From assembly GCF_033153115.1 (NCBI RefSeq), contig NW_026889779.1:7316001-7380000 (forward strand): 64,000 nucleotides of DNA. Direction: 5' to 3'. Below are positions 61,282 through 64,000 of the stretch, one piece after another. Every line of letters starts with the position of its first letter. The first letter of the stretch is position 1. The notes beneath the pieces are model-generated. The model did no database searches, had not been told where the DNA came from, and was given only the letters and a program-made list of their open reading frames with translations. Made by a program: the position numbers and the translations under genes. This stretch comes from Saccostrea echinata (Eukaryota).

Positions 61282-64000
61282 ATGGCGACAAGCGCAGGAG
61301 ACTGGTGTTTGATCGAGAGTGACCCTGGTGTATTTACGGAACTTATCAAGGGATTCGGTATGATATAACGAACGTTCCAACTTTTTCGCTCTTATATTAT
61401 CTCTAATGAATTATTAAATTCTTTGAGTCACTGATGGGATTTAAACAAAAATCTAGATCAGAGAAAATTCGAATGCAACACAAGATGCATGAGTCTTGAG
61501 GTCTAAAATACATAAGCATTTGTTATCTACATCAATATGTTTGATACTTAATAAGGCAATAAGTTGTATTATGTGTTTTATTTGTATCGTACATATCAAT
61601 GTAGATGACAGCCAATATGCTTGTGAATTGAAAAATAGAATTATCAATTTATCAGCAAAAGAAAAGGACCCCCTATTTTAACTTTAAATTTTTTCTCGAA
61701 ATGGTTAAAACAGGTACATATCACCTTAAAGCTTTTTTGACGTTTTCCATTTATGTTATCGGGAAAAGAAGTAGGCCAGTCCAAAAACTATTTTCACTGA
61801 ATTATTTACATGTAATAGCTTTGTTAGAATTTAAAATCATGAAAAGCATGAAAATAAGACCTACTAATGATAGGCCAGTTTAAAAAGAGTTATTAAAGTC
61901 ATCTGTCTTCATGCAGAATCAAATCTGAATGATATGAAAACAAAGTAAGCATATTGTCAGCACTGTGACATAATTATACAACTAAAAAGACATTGGGACA
62001 GTGTTCTTTAGTATATCTTTAAAGTTTGCATTGAAAAATTACTCTTAATGGTTTCTGCTCAACTCGTAAACTGACCAACACATAACTAAGTCAACTCAAA
62101 ACCCAACACGTCAACTCCAAACTAAAAGGCAAAAGTCAACTTGTAAAAAAGACTTGTTACGAGTTGACTCCATCTTGTAATAATGATAATGTTTAACTAA
62201 ATGAATTATGATGTAATGATATTTCAATATTATTAAATGCACAATGGTAATCTTTTTTTTTTGACAAGAAAACTGTAAGTACACCATTTGTATACTATAG
62301 CTAACAATTACAAAAAAACAAAGAACTATTTTTCCAACATTTGATTTATTTTGAATGAAAATCTATGGTACTGTAATACTTAAAGTTAACTTGTAACCAT
62401 GCAGACACAAGGCAGGTTACAATTCAAATTTTGCCTTTGCTTAGAGTACCACTTGACTTCTCCCGCCATAAACCAAAAATGAACTTGTAACCAGCTGGGT
62501 CTTGGTTATGAGTTGACTTGTTGGGTTCAAGCTGACTTGGTTATGAGTTGGTCGGGTTATGAGTTGACTTAATACCTTCACTAATCTAAACTGGAATAAT
62601 GATGTTCTTGTGAAATTTTGTTAAAAATTGAAGTGCAAAATTTGTAAAAAGTAGAATTGAAACTGATCGAACACAACTTCTATTATTGATTTTTGAAGAA
62701 GTCTTATGCAGTTCAGTGTGTATTTATGATATGAAGTGAAGTATTTTCTTCAATTCTAGGTTGTGAAGGAGTACAGGTGGAGGAGCTGTGGAGTTTGGAC
62801 TCAACAAGTTTTGAGAATCTTAAGTAAGGCAAACATTTACCCACAATATAATTAACATGAAATTCTCTTGGAAACATTTAGAAGATATCAAGGCAAATTT
62901 ATGACTTCAAAACAGTTATAGAATTACTATCCTAAGACACAGGAGCTGTTGGAATTTCTGCCCCTGACCCAGATCATTATGAAATAATGAATTAAGGTTC
63001 ATACACCCTCTGCTCACTCATATAAAATGTTGCTTTAACTTTTATTGTTTTCCGAAAGAGATGTTCTTTATAAGTAAAATACAAACAATTATACCATAGC
63101 TTGCGGGGCAAAATTAAACAAAAAGGATATTTCAATTCACAAATCTATAAAGGAATAATAGACATTTATGTCATTAAGAGTTATTTCTCGTAGCCAGAGT
63201 ATCAATGAACCTTAATACCTTACATTTAATGATTAGAAATAGATATAAGATATTGTCATTATAGCTATTTTAATTTGAGCAGTTACCCACATTATATTAT
63301 ACATTTCTTAATTACCTATACTTTGGAGTATATGGCAATGTAAAATGACAACCACATCTTCATCTTGTATGTATACAAACCTCTAAATCAATAAACATGT
63401 ATATAGATTAAAAGTTATACAGTAGATATATTGGTTTTATAATGTGTTTTGTAGACCAGTTTATGGACTGATATTCTTGTTTAAATGGCAGCCAGAATCT
63501 GAACCAGAAGGCAGCATTGTCCAAGACAATCGCATAGAGAAAATTTTCTTTGCAAAACAGGTACCTACATTTTGTAAATTGTCTATGAGATTAGAAAAAA
63601 ATATATAAAACATAGTTAATTTGAAAACCTATACATTCAACACTGTTTATTTTTAATAAAGTAGTGAGGGTATGTATTTGCTGGACATATGAGAAAAAAA
63701 GTGGACCTAATTCACACAATTAAATGCTTTGTTTGTTTGTTGATATGGGGATTAATGATTGCAACATTGCAGAAAAAATTACATAACCTTCAGAAGCTAC
63801 CGCTCTAAATACAATAAATGGTGATGCAATGTGTTGTATCAAATTTTATTTCTGCAAAGATCTCTCTCTGGATAAGTACATTGGTATTTAAGTACAGAAT
63901 TCAGCTTCAACTGAATGATTTATTCTTTTTTTAGGTTATAAATAATGCCTGTGCTACACAAGCAATCATTAGTGTACTTCTCAACTGTCCCGAGAACGAG
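61282..64000 (+). CDS. UCHL5: Ubiquitin carboxyl-terminal hydrolase L5 (UCH37), 5' part; runs off the window
   Basis: Exons 61282-61357, 62760-62823, 63455-63560 and 63935 to beyond 64000. Motifs WCLIESDPGVFTELI, GVQVEELWSLD, PVYGLIFLFKW and FFAKQVINNACATQA (catalytic Cys). Confidence 0.97.
62055..62572. mobile_element. Degenerate TIR element with subterminal AGTCAACTC / GAGTTGACT repeats in UCHL5 intron 1
   Basis: Clusters of GTCAACTC at the left and GAGTTGAC at the right. Confidence 0.55.

Overview
Eukaryotic, AT-rich, intron-rich genomic DNA. The repeat families and gene content point to a bivalve, most likely an oyster (inference). Eight spliced genes can be reconstructed by hand from GT-AG junctions and reading-frame continuity: a non-alpha nicotinic-receptor-like Cys-loop channel (+, 7417-10447, first exon uncertain), three tandem secreted coiled-coil/C1q-domain genes (+), a B-box/coiled-coil/NHL TRIM-like gene (-), AP3M1 (+, 13 exons, 418 aa), a double-CDGSH CISD3-like gene (-), and the 5' part of UCHL5 (+). 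The last two are head-to-head with only 79 bp between their ATGs. The rest is dense with mobile DNA: decayed Naiad-type Penelope-like retroelements, tRNA/Deu-domain SINEs with TSDs, Helentron-associated satellite elements, Kolobok-, Harbinger-, hAT-, Tc1/mariner- and IS3EU-like non-autonomous elements, and many hairpin palindromes. The most notable observations are: (1) a 0.5-kb inversion bracketed by two palindromic IS3EU-like elements, with a flipped 6-bp TSD that can be checked against the paralogous C1q unit; (2) mosaic, possibly gene-converted, C1q paralogs; (3) a conserved structured RNA motif at Naiad 3' ends; (4) an atypical CISD3-like protein with no obvious mitochondrial presequence and an extra C-terminal Cys/His motif; (5) intronic repeats copied from exon ends plus their splice donors. 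No clearly new biological system could be proven from sequence alone. Coordinates were counted by hand and repeat boundaries are approximate.
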